Below, in pieces: positions 51,971-64,000 of a DNA stretch of 64,000 nucleotides. Each line of letters opens with the position of its first letter. Within the stretch, counting starts at the first letter, position 1. Both the position numbers and the translations under genes were made by a program. Origin of the DNA: Octopus vulgaris (lineage: Eukaryota); the NCBI GenBank assembly GCA_951406725.2, contig OX597814.1, positions 2,232,001 to 2,296,000 of the forward strand, given 5' to 3'. Below the pieces are notes generated by a model, which was not told the origin of the DNA, ran no database searches, and saw only the letters and a list, made by a program, of their open reading frames with translations.

Positions 51971-52390
51971 ATATTTATTTCTTTATTGCCCACAGGGGGC
52001 TAAACATAGAGGGGACAAAGAAGGCCAGACAATGGGATTAAGTCGATTACATCGACTCCAGTGTGTAACTGGTACTTATTTAATCGACCCCGAAAGGATG
52101 AAAGGCAAAGTTAACCTCGGTGGAATTTGAACTCAGAACCTAGCGGCAGACGAAATACCTATTTCTTTACTACCCACAAGGGGTTAAACACAGAGGGAAC
52201 AAACAAGGACAGACAAACGGATTGAGTCGGTTATATCGACCCCAGTGCGTAACTGGTACTTATTTAATCGACCCCGAAAGAATGAAAGGCAAAGTTGAAC
52301 TTGGCGGAATTTGGACTCACAACGTAACCGCAGACGAAATACCGCTAAGCATTTCACCCAGCGTACTAACGTTTCTACCATCTCGCCGCC
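51971..52390 (-). mobile_element. SINE A head-to-tail dimer
   Basis: GACGAAATAC|CTATTTCTTT junction at 52158/52159; ACTGTTATATT repeated on both flanks. Confidence 0.92.
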
Positions 52391-52578
52391 CTTTTCTGGC
52401 CTGTATTTATTTCTTTATTGCCGCCTTTGCTACTGTTATATTATTCCTCCCTGACCGTTGTCTTCTGCCTCGAATCACATGTAACCGTATTGCGCCATCT
52501 TTTCTCTTTTTTTCTTTTTATCAGAAACATCTTCCCTCTGTTGCTCCCCTCCTCTCTCTCTTCCTATGTCTGACTGTC

Positions 52579-52612
<34 letters not shown>

Positions 52613-53409
52613 GGTACAATATAAAGCGTAACTGGACAACAAACCAATCAACAACCAACCAACTAACCGACGGACCAACCAACCACTCACACACCTAACC
52701 AACCAACCAACCAACCAACCGACCAACCAACAAACCAACCAGTTGAGCACTGGGGTCGATGTAATCAAATTAGCCTCCCCCCCCCCCCAATTACTTGCCT
52801 TGTACCAATATTTGTAAGCTATCATAATATTCCTCCTGCAAGTTGTTATTTACACAAATTACGTTTTGAGCTACGCTGTAAGGCGTCCGCTTGGAAGCGA
52901 TTCTGTAACCAGCGCTCCTGTTATTTGTTATGTAAGCCATAGTCTCCTAAGCTATTTTGCATGCCTTACTGCTATGGGAACTCACACCTTTTCAACGGTT
53001 TATCCGACCTTGAACCCCGAGGTTAGATTAAATATTTAAAATACCATCGGGTGGAAAACGGGGTAGGTTTGCTTATTTTGTCAAGAAATATAAACAATAC
53101 AACATACAGTATCATCCTTCTCTACCCTGCCACCTTGACACCCAGTCACCCTTAATGTTTGACAGCAGGTAGATCATCTTTGATAGAAATACTGGCATTA
53201 TTAGCTGGTATTTTTGTATTCATCACAGTTTGATGTGAAGGAGGAGAGGGATGAAGTGAGAGGGGGAGAATGAATAAAGAGGGGGAAGGAAGTGTTGTCA
53301 TGGTCTTATCAGATAGACTTAGACTACAGGGGTAACGCTAGGGGATGTGGGAAGAGTTTGAAAAAAACTGGGTGTGGCATCGAAAACTGATAAGAACAGA
53401 CAAAATAGA

Positions 53410-53860
53410 AACACAGACGCACAGACAGAGGAACTAACAGACAGACGGACAGACAGAAGAACTGACAGACAGACGGACAGACAGACAGACAGACAGATGA
53501 ACGGACAGACAGACGGACAGACAGACAGACAGACAGAGGAACTAACAGACAGACGGACAGACAGAAGAACTGACAGACAGACGGACAGACAGAGGAACTA
53601 ACAGACAGACGGACAGACAGACATGCGGACAGACGGACAGACAGAAGAACTGACAGACAGACGGACAGACAGAGGATCTAACAGACAGACGGACAGACAG
53701 ACATGCAGACAGACGAACAGACAGAGGAACGGACAGACATACGGACAGACAGAGGATAGACAGACAGAGGAACTGACAGACATACAGACAGACGGACAGA
53801 CAGACGGACAGACATACAGACAGACGGACAGACAGAAGACAGACAGACAGACAGACGGAC
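53410..53860. repeat. (GACA/GACG)n-derived minisatellite
   Basis: Recurrent GAGGAACTAACAGACAGACGGACAGAC units. Confidence 0.93.
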
Positions 53861-55254
53861 GGGCGGAGAGAAAGGCAAGTTATATGGATCCGAGTTAGGA
53901 AGAAGCGACGAGGATTTGAGAGGAAGAACTGAAGAATGTTGGAACCGTTTCTCAGAGGAACGGACATCATGCATGTTGTTGTTGTTATTGATGTTGATGT
54001 TGTTGTTGCCATTGTCGTTAGTTCCTTCTAGATTTTCTTTTATTTTCTCGTGACTATCGCTATTTATTCTTTTCGTGTCCCCCCCTCTCTCTCTCTCTTC
54101 TTTCTCTCTCTTACACACAAATACACACGTACACTCATGTGCACATATACATACACACACACACACATACACATTCACACATACACACACTCACATACAT
54201 AAACACACATACACGCATACATGCACATATACACATACACATACGCACATAAATTACACACACACGCATACACACATGGACATACACACATACACACATA
54301 GATACATAAACATACACACATAGATACATACACATACACATACGCGCATGCATATACTCACATACATGTACATATACACACATGCATACACACATATACA
54401 CATACAGATACACACATATACACATACACACAAACGTACATACACACACATACACGTACATATATACATACACACACATACACACATACAGATACACACA
54501 TATACACGTACACACATGCACACATTCATATATACACATATACACATACACATACATACACACATACACACATACATACACATACATATACATACACATA
54601 GACACATACACATACACACATACATGTACACATGCAAACACACACATACATACACACACACCCCCCTCCCGCTCTGTTTTTATTTTCTTCTGAATATTGT
54701 TGACCAATCTGTTGTTATTGTTGTAACTGTTTGTTGTTGTTGTTCTTGCTGATGTTGTTTTTCCCTCCATTTTGACGTGCCTGGTTGGTTGGCAGGTATT
54801 TTGTTGTTTTTTTTTTTTGCATTTTATCTTGTTTGCTTTTTGTTTTTTTTCTTTAAAAAACATTAATTTATTGTTGTTGTTTTACATATTTTGTTGATGT
54901 TGTTGTTGTTTACTAATTTAACTGTTTTAACCTTCTCCGGTAGAGCCCCTCGCTTCCCCCATCCCCTTAGCCATGCCATTAACCCTGTTATTAGCCCTAA
55001 TCTTATCTTGACGATCAGCAATGTTAATCCTTAAGACGATAAAGCTAACTTGAAACAACGCAAGTTGCAATGAATAAATGAACGGGGAGGAGTGGGAGGG
55101 GGAGAGAGGAATGACGTTTTGAGGGAGAGAGAAGGAGAGAGAGGTGGGGAGAGGAAGAGAGGAAGAAAGGAAGAGAGCTACAGAGTGAGAGGAAGATGCG
55201 ACGAAACAAAGATGAAAAAGAGAAATGTGGATGATGAAGATGATGATGATGATA

Positions 55255-55335
<81 letters not shown>

Positions 55336-55379
55336 TAGTAATAATAATAATAATAAAAATGATAATAATAATAATAATA

Positions 55380-55420
<41 letters not shown>

Positions 55421-55492
55421 GTAATAATAATAATAATAATAATAATGATAGTAGTAATAATAATAATAATAATAATATAATAATAATAATAC

Positions 55493-55538
<46 letters not shown>

Positions 55539-55594
55539 GTAATAATAATAATAATAGTAATAATAATAATGATGATAATAATAATAATATTAAT

Positions 55595-55629
<35 letters not shown>

Positions 55630-55999
55630 TAATAATAATAATGATAATAATATGTCGTGAAGCTATTGATGATGATGATGATGATGATGATTTGTTTAAT
55701 TGGCTACAAGGGCCCAAGATGTTTGGAAAGCGTACAGAGGCGAATGGTAATAAGAATGTCTTGTAATTTAAAAGAACAAGAAAAAAAAGAGGAGCACGAG
55801 GAAGAGTGGAGGAGGAGGAGGAGGATCTTTTCAAAGAATATTTCAGAATGGCACAAAAATAAAAAAAAAAATAAATAACTGGATAAAATATAAAAATAAA
55901 GGGAATGAAAATTCAAGATAAAAATAAGAATGAAAGAAAAATGAAATAAAGAAAACAAAACACAAGAATAGTTTATATTGTTATTTCTTTCCCACAATA

Positions 56000-56066
<67 letters not shown>

Positions 56067-56624
56067 GAATGAGAGAGTAGTGCATGCCATCAAAGTGACA
56101 CTGGGGTAAAATATACGAAGCCCAGTATACCCATCATGACAACCCGTCTAATAAGAGTACACCAGGCACATGCATCACAACCATATGTGCGCGACATGGT
56201 GATCTCATGTAGAGATTAACAACGCATGACCTTGCAGGTGGGGGCCCAGTTAGAATTTTCTTCAGATCGAGTAGCCCATCCCGCTCAAAAGGTCCCTGAA
56301 TAAGGATTGTTTAATGATGTTGAACAAACCTCCCATGTTTCCAAAGGTGAATTATTCAAAACCCCAAAGAATTCCTCTCAACACATGGTTATGATGCTCC
56401 CCCACTACTTCTGGTCGTGGTCAGAGATGCACATATCGTCAGCCACTAAGGGACATGCTCAACTGGTTAAGGTCAAACAACTGACAAGCAAATCTGTGGT
56501 ATTGAGCAGAATATTTGCTGTAGCCCATCTTTTATACCAAGACTAAACAATGTACATGATAACAGTTCCAATCAGTTAAGATCAGGAGCCACGAGAGCCA
56601 CTGCCTGGTACTGCATCAGGGCAT
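56067..56624 (-). mobile_element. Element D, copy 4 (full length), in (ATT)n
   Basis: Reverse complement of 3529-4083 including the GCCCTGATGCAG start. Confidence 0.92.
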
Positions 56625-56646
56625 TTATTATTATTATTATTATTAT

Positions 56647-57345
56647 AGACGTCGCACAGTATACAATATCGTGAGGTTGTTGATTGAAGATATTGTATAT
56701 ACCGGGGGTTTGCACTGTTTGTCAAGTCGCAACAAGGACCTCAGACAGACAGTACCTTACGCAATATGTGTGCTGTTCCAAATAATGCTGTCTTTTGCAA
56801 TACACCTAGATTGTAGGGCATTTCTAAGTTTTTCAGATGTTTCTTCAGATTGGGTGGTATTGAACTCATTGCTCCGATAACAATAAGAATAACTTTTATG
56901 TTCGACTGTCGTAGCTGCCACATCTCAGCAATCTCAATTCTCAGGTTTCCATATTTATCAACCTTTTTCTCTTTCCTTCATAATGTGTTGATCTCCTGAC
57001 ACTACTTCGTCGACTATTAGGCACCATTGTTTGTCCTTCCGAAAGGTTACTATATCCGGCCTTTGTCTGTCTGGAAATCAAAGTCCCAGAGGATTTTTGC
57101 CTTCCACTTTTCGTCCATTATCTTTTCCGCTGTTGATACCAAGCTACCCATAGTAGCCAGTAGAGATTTAGGGCTAATTTGTCGTGTCAACGCTTGTACT
57201 CTTTCTGCGCAAGGCTTTCACGAGCACTAACAATGTGAGTCACACTTTCGACCCTCTTCCCACACATTCTACAAAGGTCCGATGCTCTTGTGTGGTATAT
57301 ATTCTTTTTCACTGAGTTGGTAGTCAATGCCTGGTCCTTGGCCGC
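56647..57345 (-). pseudogene. 3' end of an R4/Dong-type LINE (CCHC finger and restriction-like endonuclease)
   Basis: AAKDQALTTN, CRMCGKRVESVTHIVSA, LWDFDFQTDK, LQKTALFGTAHILRKVLSV*, (TAA)n tail. Confidence 0.88.
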
Positions 57346-57359
57346 GCGATGATTAGGCT

Positions 57360-58110
57360 TACAAAGAACATGTATGATAATCGACATAGCATGACCCGGT
57401 GACAACAGGATCAATGTGAAAGAAGAAGAAAAAATAAACGAAACGACACAGAAATAAAAGTTAATCGCCCAGACATAATAGTCAAGGATTGAGGAAAAAC
57501 ACCTGCTTTCTGATAGACATTGCAGTCCCTTCTGATCAAAATATTCTCAAAAAAGAAGTGGAGAAATCATCGAAGTACAAAGACATCGAAACTGAAGTAT
57601 TCATCATGATGTGAGGCATGAAGGTGAAAACAATATCAGTAATAACTGGAGCACTAGGTGTGATAAAAAAAAGAAACAATTCTACAAAAATGTAGAAACA
57701 CCAGTCACACTTTATATAGCAAATATCCAATAAAATAAAGAACCACCAGCAGGTTAAATACCCAACGCACGACAGACACTACACGTTATATAAACACTAA
57801 AGAGGAAGCAGAAAATACAATCTCCTAAAATTTGAAATAGGAAGAATTTGGAGCATGCGAACCATAATGGTGGTGCCTGTAATAATTGGTGCGTTGGGAA
57901 CAGTAAGGCAAGATATGGACAAATGGCTGAACGAGATTGGAATAGAATACCCGATAGAGCTCTTGCAGAGAGTTTGCCTCTTAAGGACAACAAGGATTAT
58001 CAAGAGAGTCCTAAGCACTTGAAAGACTGCTGAAAACTTGAGGATACATAAGGTTACAGGTAGTAACCTGCTACCCACATAATACCTACCAGGAATAACA
58101 CAAAACCTGA
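57360..58110 (+). pseudogene. Two further R4/Dong-type 3' fragments
   Basis: NRPDIIVKD, FLIDIAVPSDQN, EKSSKYKD, VVPVIIGALGTV, LLQRVCLLRTTRIIKRVLST*. Confidence 0.82.
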
Positions 58111-58349
58111 AACATATCAAAATAAAAAAATAATCCTTTTTACTATAAGTACAAGACCTGAAATTTGATGGGAGGGCGCTAGGCGATCCCATCAACCCTA
58201 ACGCTCAACTAGTACTTATTTAATCGACCCCGAAACAAAGTCTACCGCGGTGGAATTTGACGAACGAAATGCCGCTAAGCACTTCGCTCGGCGTACCAAC
58301 GATTCTGCCAGCTCACTGCCTTAGCTTGCAAGGATATTACTCACAGAGT

Positions 58350-58729
58350 GGCACTCCGTCGGTTGCGACGACGAGGGTTCTAGATGGTCCGATCAATGAA
58401 ACAGCCTGCTCGGAAATTAACGTGTAAGTGGCTGAGCACTCCACAGACACGTGTACCCTTAACGTAGTTCTCAGGGAAATTCAGCATGACAAAGAGTATG
58501 ACAAGGCTGGCCCCTTTGAAATGCAGGTACATCAGAATGAGGAAGAAAGAGTGAGTGAAAGTTGTGGTGAAAGAGTACAGCAGGGTTTGCCAATACCCCT
58601 TGCCGGACCCTCTTGGAGGTTTAGGTGTTTTCATTCAATAAATACTCACCACGCCCGTTCTGGGAATCGAAACCATGATCCTATGACCGCGACTCCGTTG
58701 CACTAACCACTGGGCCATTTCACCTCCAC
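58350..58729 (-). mobile_element. SINE B
   Basis: Collinear with 36314-36691. Confidence 0.9.
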
Positions 58730-58991
58730 GTTCACAAAGTAGTACACGTGACATAATAGAGCAAGGAACTGCTTACATAACAGCTTAAAGCAGTAACGCT
58801 CATATAATTACATAGGAGAGTTTTGCGCAGAAGGTGGTTCACATAGAAAACTGAGGAAACGATTTATATAAGAACTGCTCGCAGATGACTTTACGGGAAG
58901 ACCGCTTACGTAACAGCTCACACTTCCCGTAAGAGTTCATAGCAGTACTGCTTAAATCACAGCTTATATAATATCTCATATATATGGCATG

Positions 58992-59064
<73 letters not shown>

Positions 59065-59108
59065 CATTACTGCTGCTGTTTTCGAAACTGCTTCTCTTAG
59101 TTATACGT

Positions 59109-59490
59109 GGCACCCCGTCGGTTACGACGACGAGGGTTCTAGTTGATCCGATCAACGGAACAGTCTGCTTGTAAAATTAACTTGTAAGCGGCTGAGCACT
59201 CCACAGACACATTGTGTACCCTTAACGTAGTTCTCAGGGAGCTTCAGCGTGACACAGAGTGTGACAAGGCTCGCCCTATGAAATACAGATACAACAGAAA
59301 CAGGAAGAAGGAGTGAGAGAAAGTTGTGGTGAAAGAATACAGCAGGGTTCGTCACCACCCGCTGCCGGAGCCTCGTAGAGTTTTAGGCATTTTGGATCAA
59401 TAAACACTCTCACGCCCGATCTGGGAATCGAAACCGCGATCCTACGACCGCGAGTCCGCTGCCATAACCACTGGGCCATTGCGCCTCCAC
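59109..59490 (-). mobile_element. SINE B
   Basis: Collinear with 36314-36691. Confidence 0.9.
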
Positions 59491-60020
59491 TATATATATA
59501 CATACACATACACACACACACACACACACTCACACGCACACACACACACACATACACACACACACATATATATATATGTATAAAACATATTTTGATAGGG
59601 GCTGCAATCGTCCGGACACTGATTAATGACTTACATATATACATACATACATACACACACACACACAATATATACATACATACATACATACACACACACA
59701 CATACATACATACATACATACATACATACATACATACATACATACATACATACATACATACATACATACATACATACCCACACACACACACATATATATA
59801 CATACATACATACACACACACACATACATACATACATACATACATACATACATAATACATTCATACATACATACATTCATACATACGTACGTACATACAT
59901 TCATACATGCATACATACATACATATATACATACATACATACATGCATGCATGCATACATACATACATACATTTATATATGCATACAAACATGTGTGTTG
60001 TGTGTGTGTGAGAGAGAGAA

Positions 60021-60100
<80 letters not shown>

Positions 60101-60434
60101 ACTATCTGTATACCAGAGCGACAAGCTTTCGACCAGAAGCCAGTTCAGTCAATCCCAACAATAACAGAAATAACAAGAGAAACAACAACATTTCCCAGCA
60201 CCAAAATAACTTCAAACGCCTTATATCCAGTCCGTGCTTATCCTGGCCTGTTAACGGTTGGACGTAATTCAATGGAGAGATCCATCAAATGACAACGGAT
60301 ATTGAATAAAGCGGAGAAAGAAAAAACCACGTTAAGTCTGTTTTATTAAAAAATCAACGTCCGATGATAGCAAGGAAAGAAGACGGATGGACAAACGATC
60401 GGCGGCAAACAACACAGGCAGTACACACATACAT

Positions 60435-60658
<224 letters not shown>

Positions 60659-60848
60659 ATATAGATATGTATGTATGTATAGATATGCATCATATGTGTG
60701 TGCGTGACATGTTACATGTAGAAAGGACAGCTAATATTGCACGTCACAACTGACAGTGTAGACATTTCATATGAAGAGACTGGAGTAAATGATGAGAATT
60801 ATATAGGCCGAGTATTCCATTGAAATTCTTCACACACCACTCTTGTCC

Positions 60849-60908
<60 letters not shown>

Positions 60909-61067
60909 GTCTGTCTGGCTGTCTGTCTGTGTGTCTGTCTGTCTGAGACAGGAATGCGGCACTACATAGCTTGAAGACGAATTTAATGAATAAGCACATG
61001 AGATATGCATGTGTGTGCGTGTGAGTTTATAGGTGTATGTATGCGTGTGTGAGTGTGTGTGCGTGTT

Positions 61068-61105
<38 letters not shown>

Positions 61106-61642
61106 GGTATCAACCTCTAACCTATTGGCTCTTTAGGTTAGGGCTTCATTGGGTTCTGAGCCGTTACAGCGACAGATAGTTCAAGATTCTTCTTGGAAAA
61201 GGCGCAAATCTCTTCTACTCTAGACACAGCGACCGAAATTTTGGGGTACGCAACTGCTGCTTAATTTACCGACCCCGAAAGGATGAAAGGTAGAGTCGAC
61301 CTCGGACGAATTTGAACTCAGAACGTAAAGACTTGCCCAATTCAGGATCACAACATATAAGTATACTGCGACATAATTTCTTTTCCTCAACAGGCCCTGC
61401 CCTGTTTAACATTGTCCCGAAATAGATCAAAGAGGAAAAGGATCCCATCAACTTTAAACGGAATTTGGGCAGATTTCTTCAAGGAATACCAGATAAGCCA
61501 CCCATACCTGGTTACAACTCACTGCTTGAATGAACCATAAACAAAACTTGGCTTTAAAAAGGATTTAGATAATCCTTTGATGCGGTGCTATTAAGTTAGA
61601 TATGGCCTGGACCAATCTTTGGCCGAAACATATCTAAGTTTA

Positions 61643-62220
61643 GTCGAAATACCTATTTCTTTATTGCACACAAGGGGCTAAACACAGAGAGAACAAACAA
61701 GGACAGACACACGGATTAAGTCGATTCCATCGACCCCAGTGCGTGACTGGTACTTAATTTATCGACCGCGGAAGGATGGAAGGCAAAGTCGACCTCGGCG
61801 GAATTTGAACTCAGAACATAAAGACAGATGATAATACCAGTTTCTTTACTACCCACAAGTGCCTAAACACAGAGAGGACAAACAATGCCAGACAAACGGA
61901 TTAAGTCAATTACATCGACCCCGAAAGGATGAAAGGCAAAGTCGACCTAGGTGGAAATTGAACTCAGAACGTAACGGCAGACGAAATACCTATTTCTTTA
62001 CTACCCACAAAGGGCTAAACACAGATAGGACAAACAAGGCCAGACAAACGGATAGAGTCAATTACATCGACCCCAGTGCGTAACTAGTACTTATTTAATC
62101 GACCCCGAAAGGATGAAAGGCAAAGTCGGCCTCGGCGGAATTTGAACTCAAAACGTAACGGCAGACGAAATACGGCAACGCTATTCGCCCGGCGTGCTAA
62201 CGTTTCTGCCAGCTCGCCGC
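61643..62220 (-). mobile_element. SINE A trimer plus the start of a fourth unit
   Basis: Junctions at 61652/3, 61837/8 and 61989/90; a single 5' head at ~62172-62220. Confidence 0.93.
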
Positions 62221-62802
62221 AAATCTGTCACAGGCGCAGATCTGCCACAGGGGTCACTCCCGCGCTGCCGCCGGTCTTCGTTTCCACCTAAGAACACAAT
62301 ACACCGCTCAGTTTAAGAATCAAATCTATGAACAAGCCATGGTAGGCTCAACACCCTAACAACAGGCCACGCTCTTTTACCTCTCTCTCTCTCTCTGTCT
62401 CTCTGTCTAAACGCGTCTATTTCATGTTGGCATTTATTAAACTCTTTTAAAATTTTATTTGCGTCTCCAGTCATTCCTCGCCCTCATCGTCCTTCCCACC
62501 ATCATCCTGTACAAGACATTATATTTCAAGTAGTTAACCTTTCGATTCTTCAACCACCTTCATTACACACACACACGCGCGCACCCCTCCTACCTCTCCC
62601 CACTCATTCTCTCATAATTTCAAATCACTTCTCTTCTCGTCTCACCTTCATTAATTCTTTCTTCTTTTAATCATTGTTCGCCCTCGTTTGATCCTTGCTA
62701 TTCTCACACGCATCCTACATGCCCAGACACACAAATACACCCGCGCACATACACGCCTATTAACGAACATGCGTCTATCCAAGCACTCATCCATATATAT
62801 AC

Positions 62803-62862
<60 letters not shown>

Positions 62863-63202
62863 GTATGTATATATATGTGTGTACATAGATATATATATGT
62901 ATGTATATATATATAGATATATATGTATATATACATGTATATATACATATATATAATATGTATATGTATATATATACATGTATACATATATACATATATA
63001 TATATGCATATATATATCTACACATATATGTATACATATATATATATATTTATATATATATATATATTTACATATATATATAAGTATATATATATGTATA
63101 TATACATAAATATATATATATACATGTACATATATACATATACATACACATATATATATATAGACACGCACACACACACACATATTTATATATATATGTG
63201 TG

Positions 63203-63236
<34 letters not shown>

Positions 63237-63411
63237 TGTATGTATGTATGTATGTATGTATGTGTGTGATTGTAAAATACACAGACGCACAGATTACGAA
63301 ACAAAACTTCGAACGTCACAACAGCAACAGCAACAACAACGACAACAACAGAAGACATTGAAGCAGCGTCAACTTGTTTAATTCTCTTCGACCATTGCTA
63401 AATCTTCTCAC

Positions 63412-63421
63412 CTTCCGCCAT
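63412..63421 (-). CDS. Candidate first coding exon (M-A-E-G, phase-1 donor) of a minus-strand gene
   Basis: Reverse strand caagATGGCGGAAG|gtgaga: good Kozak context, YY1-type AAGATGGCGG, strong donor. Confidence 0.4.
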
Positions 63422-64000
63422 CTTGTACTTCTGTCTGCTTCTTGTGGCAGCCGTTTCGGATAGAGAGAGAGGGGGGGAGAGGGGGAGGGAGGGAATAGAA
63501 GGAAGGAAGGAAGTGATGGGGTGTAGAATGGGTGGGGGGGGAAGGAGTGTATTCGAAGGGCGAAAGGTGTGAAAATTCAAATGGATCTGTTCGTGGATAT
63601 AATAGCGTTTAACACCTGAAGTAGATGGCAGAGAGTTACAGCAGTAGAGGGAGAAATAGTAAGAGACAGTGGAGGAGGGGAGTGAATAAGGAAGAAGCAA
63701 AAGAAGAAAAAGGAGGAGAAGGAGGAGGGGGGAAGAAGGAGGGTGAAGGGTAAGCAAAGTGGTTTGATGTAGAAAGTTATGTTTGATCTTTACGAAGCAG
63801 TGATATTACTTAATTCTATTCTCATTAGCTAATTCTCTCAAGTATGGAGTAAGAGAGTTTTACTTACGGCAGCTTGACACGGTCGTATTTCGATGTTGTT
63901 GTTGTTGTTGTATGTGTATGTGTGTGTGTGTGTGTGTGTGTGTACTTGTGAGCATGTTTGTATGTATATGTTTGTGTGCCTTCTCTATGCGGGTTGTGTT

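Noticed and set aside
61643-62220. CRISPR-like or satellite interpretation of the ~185-bp repeats
   Set aside because: There are no unique spacers, the context is eukaryotic, and the units are SINE bodies.
62221-62295. GC-rich minus-strand segment after TTCTTAG as exon 2 of the 63.4-kb candidate
   Set aside because: No donor before the SINE trimer, and the frame stops inside the SINE.

Overview
This is eukaryotic, AT-rich DNA saturated with microsatellites. The repeat repertoire (three tRNA-derived SINE families, Dong/R4-type, CR1-type and RTE-type LINEs, mariner and maT transposons) points to a coleoid cephalopod, probably Octopus (inference). No conventional host gene is visible; almost all long ORFs in the track are microsatellite artefacts. 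The real coding remnants are transposon-derived: degenerate mariner and maT transposases, two CR1-type ORF2 3' fragments, several R4/Dong fragments and an RTE 3' end. The only host-gene candidates are tiny exons: a 27-nt exon and a 6-nt or 40-nt exon on +, and a possible first coding exon MAE|G on - at 63412-63421. The most notable structure is non-coding. (1) One SINE occurs as head-to-tail concatemers with an invariant junction at several independent loci, plus an exact unit-length headless copy with a TSD, which suggests a circular or concatemeric RNA template. (2) Three unrelated (TA)n-embedded elements carry minimal type-I hammerhead ribozyme folds. (3) Several long fold-back palindromes sit next to microsatellites. 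(4) A ~555-bp non-coding element is found only in (AAT)n. (5) Two SINE/LINE 3'-tail partnerships are visible inside the window. All alignments and folds were done by eye; no searches were run.
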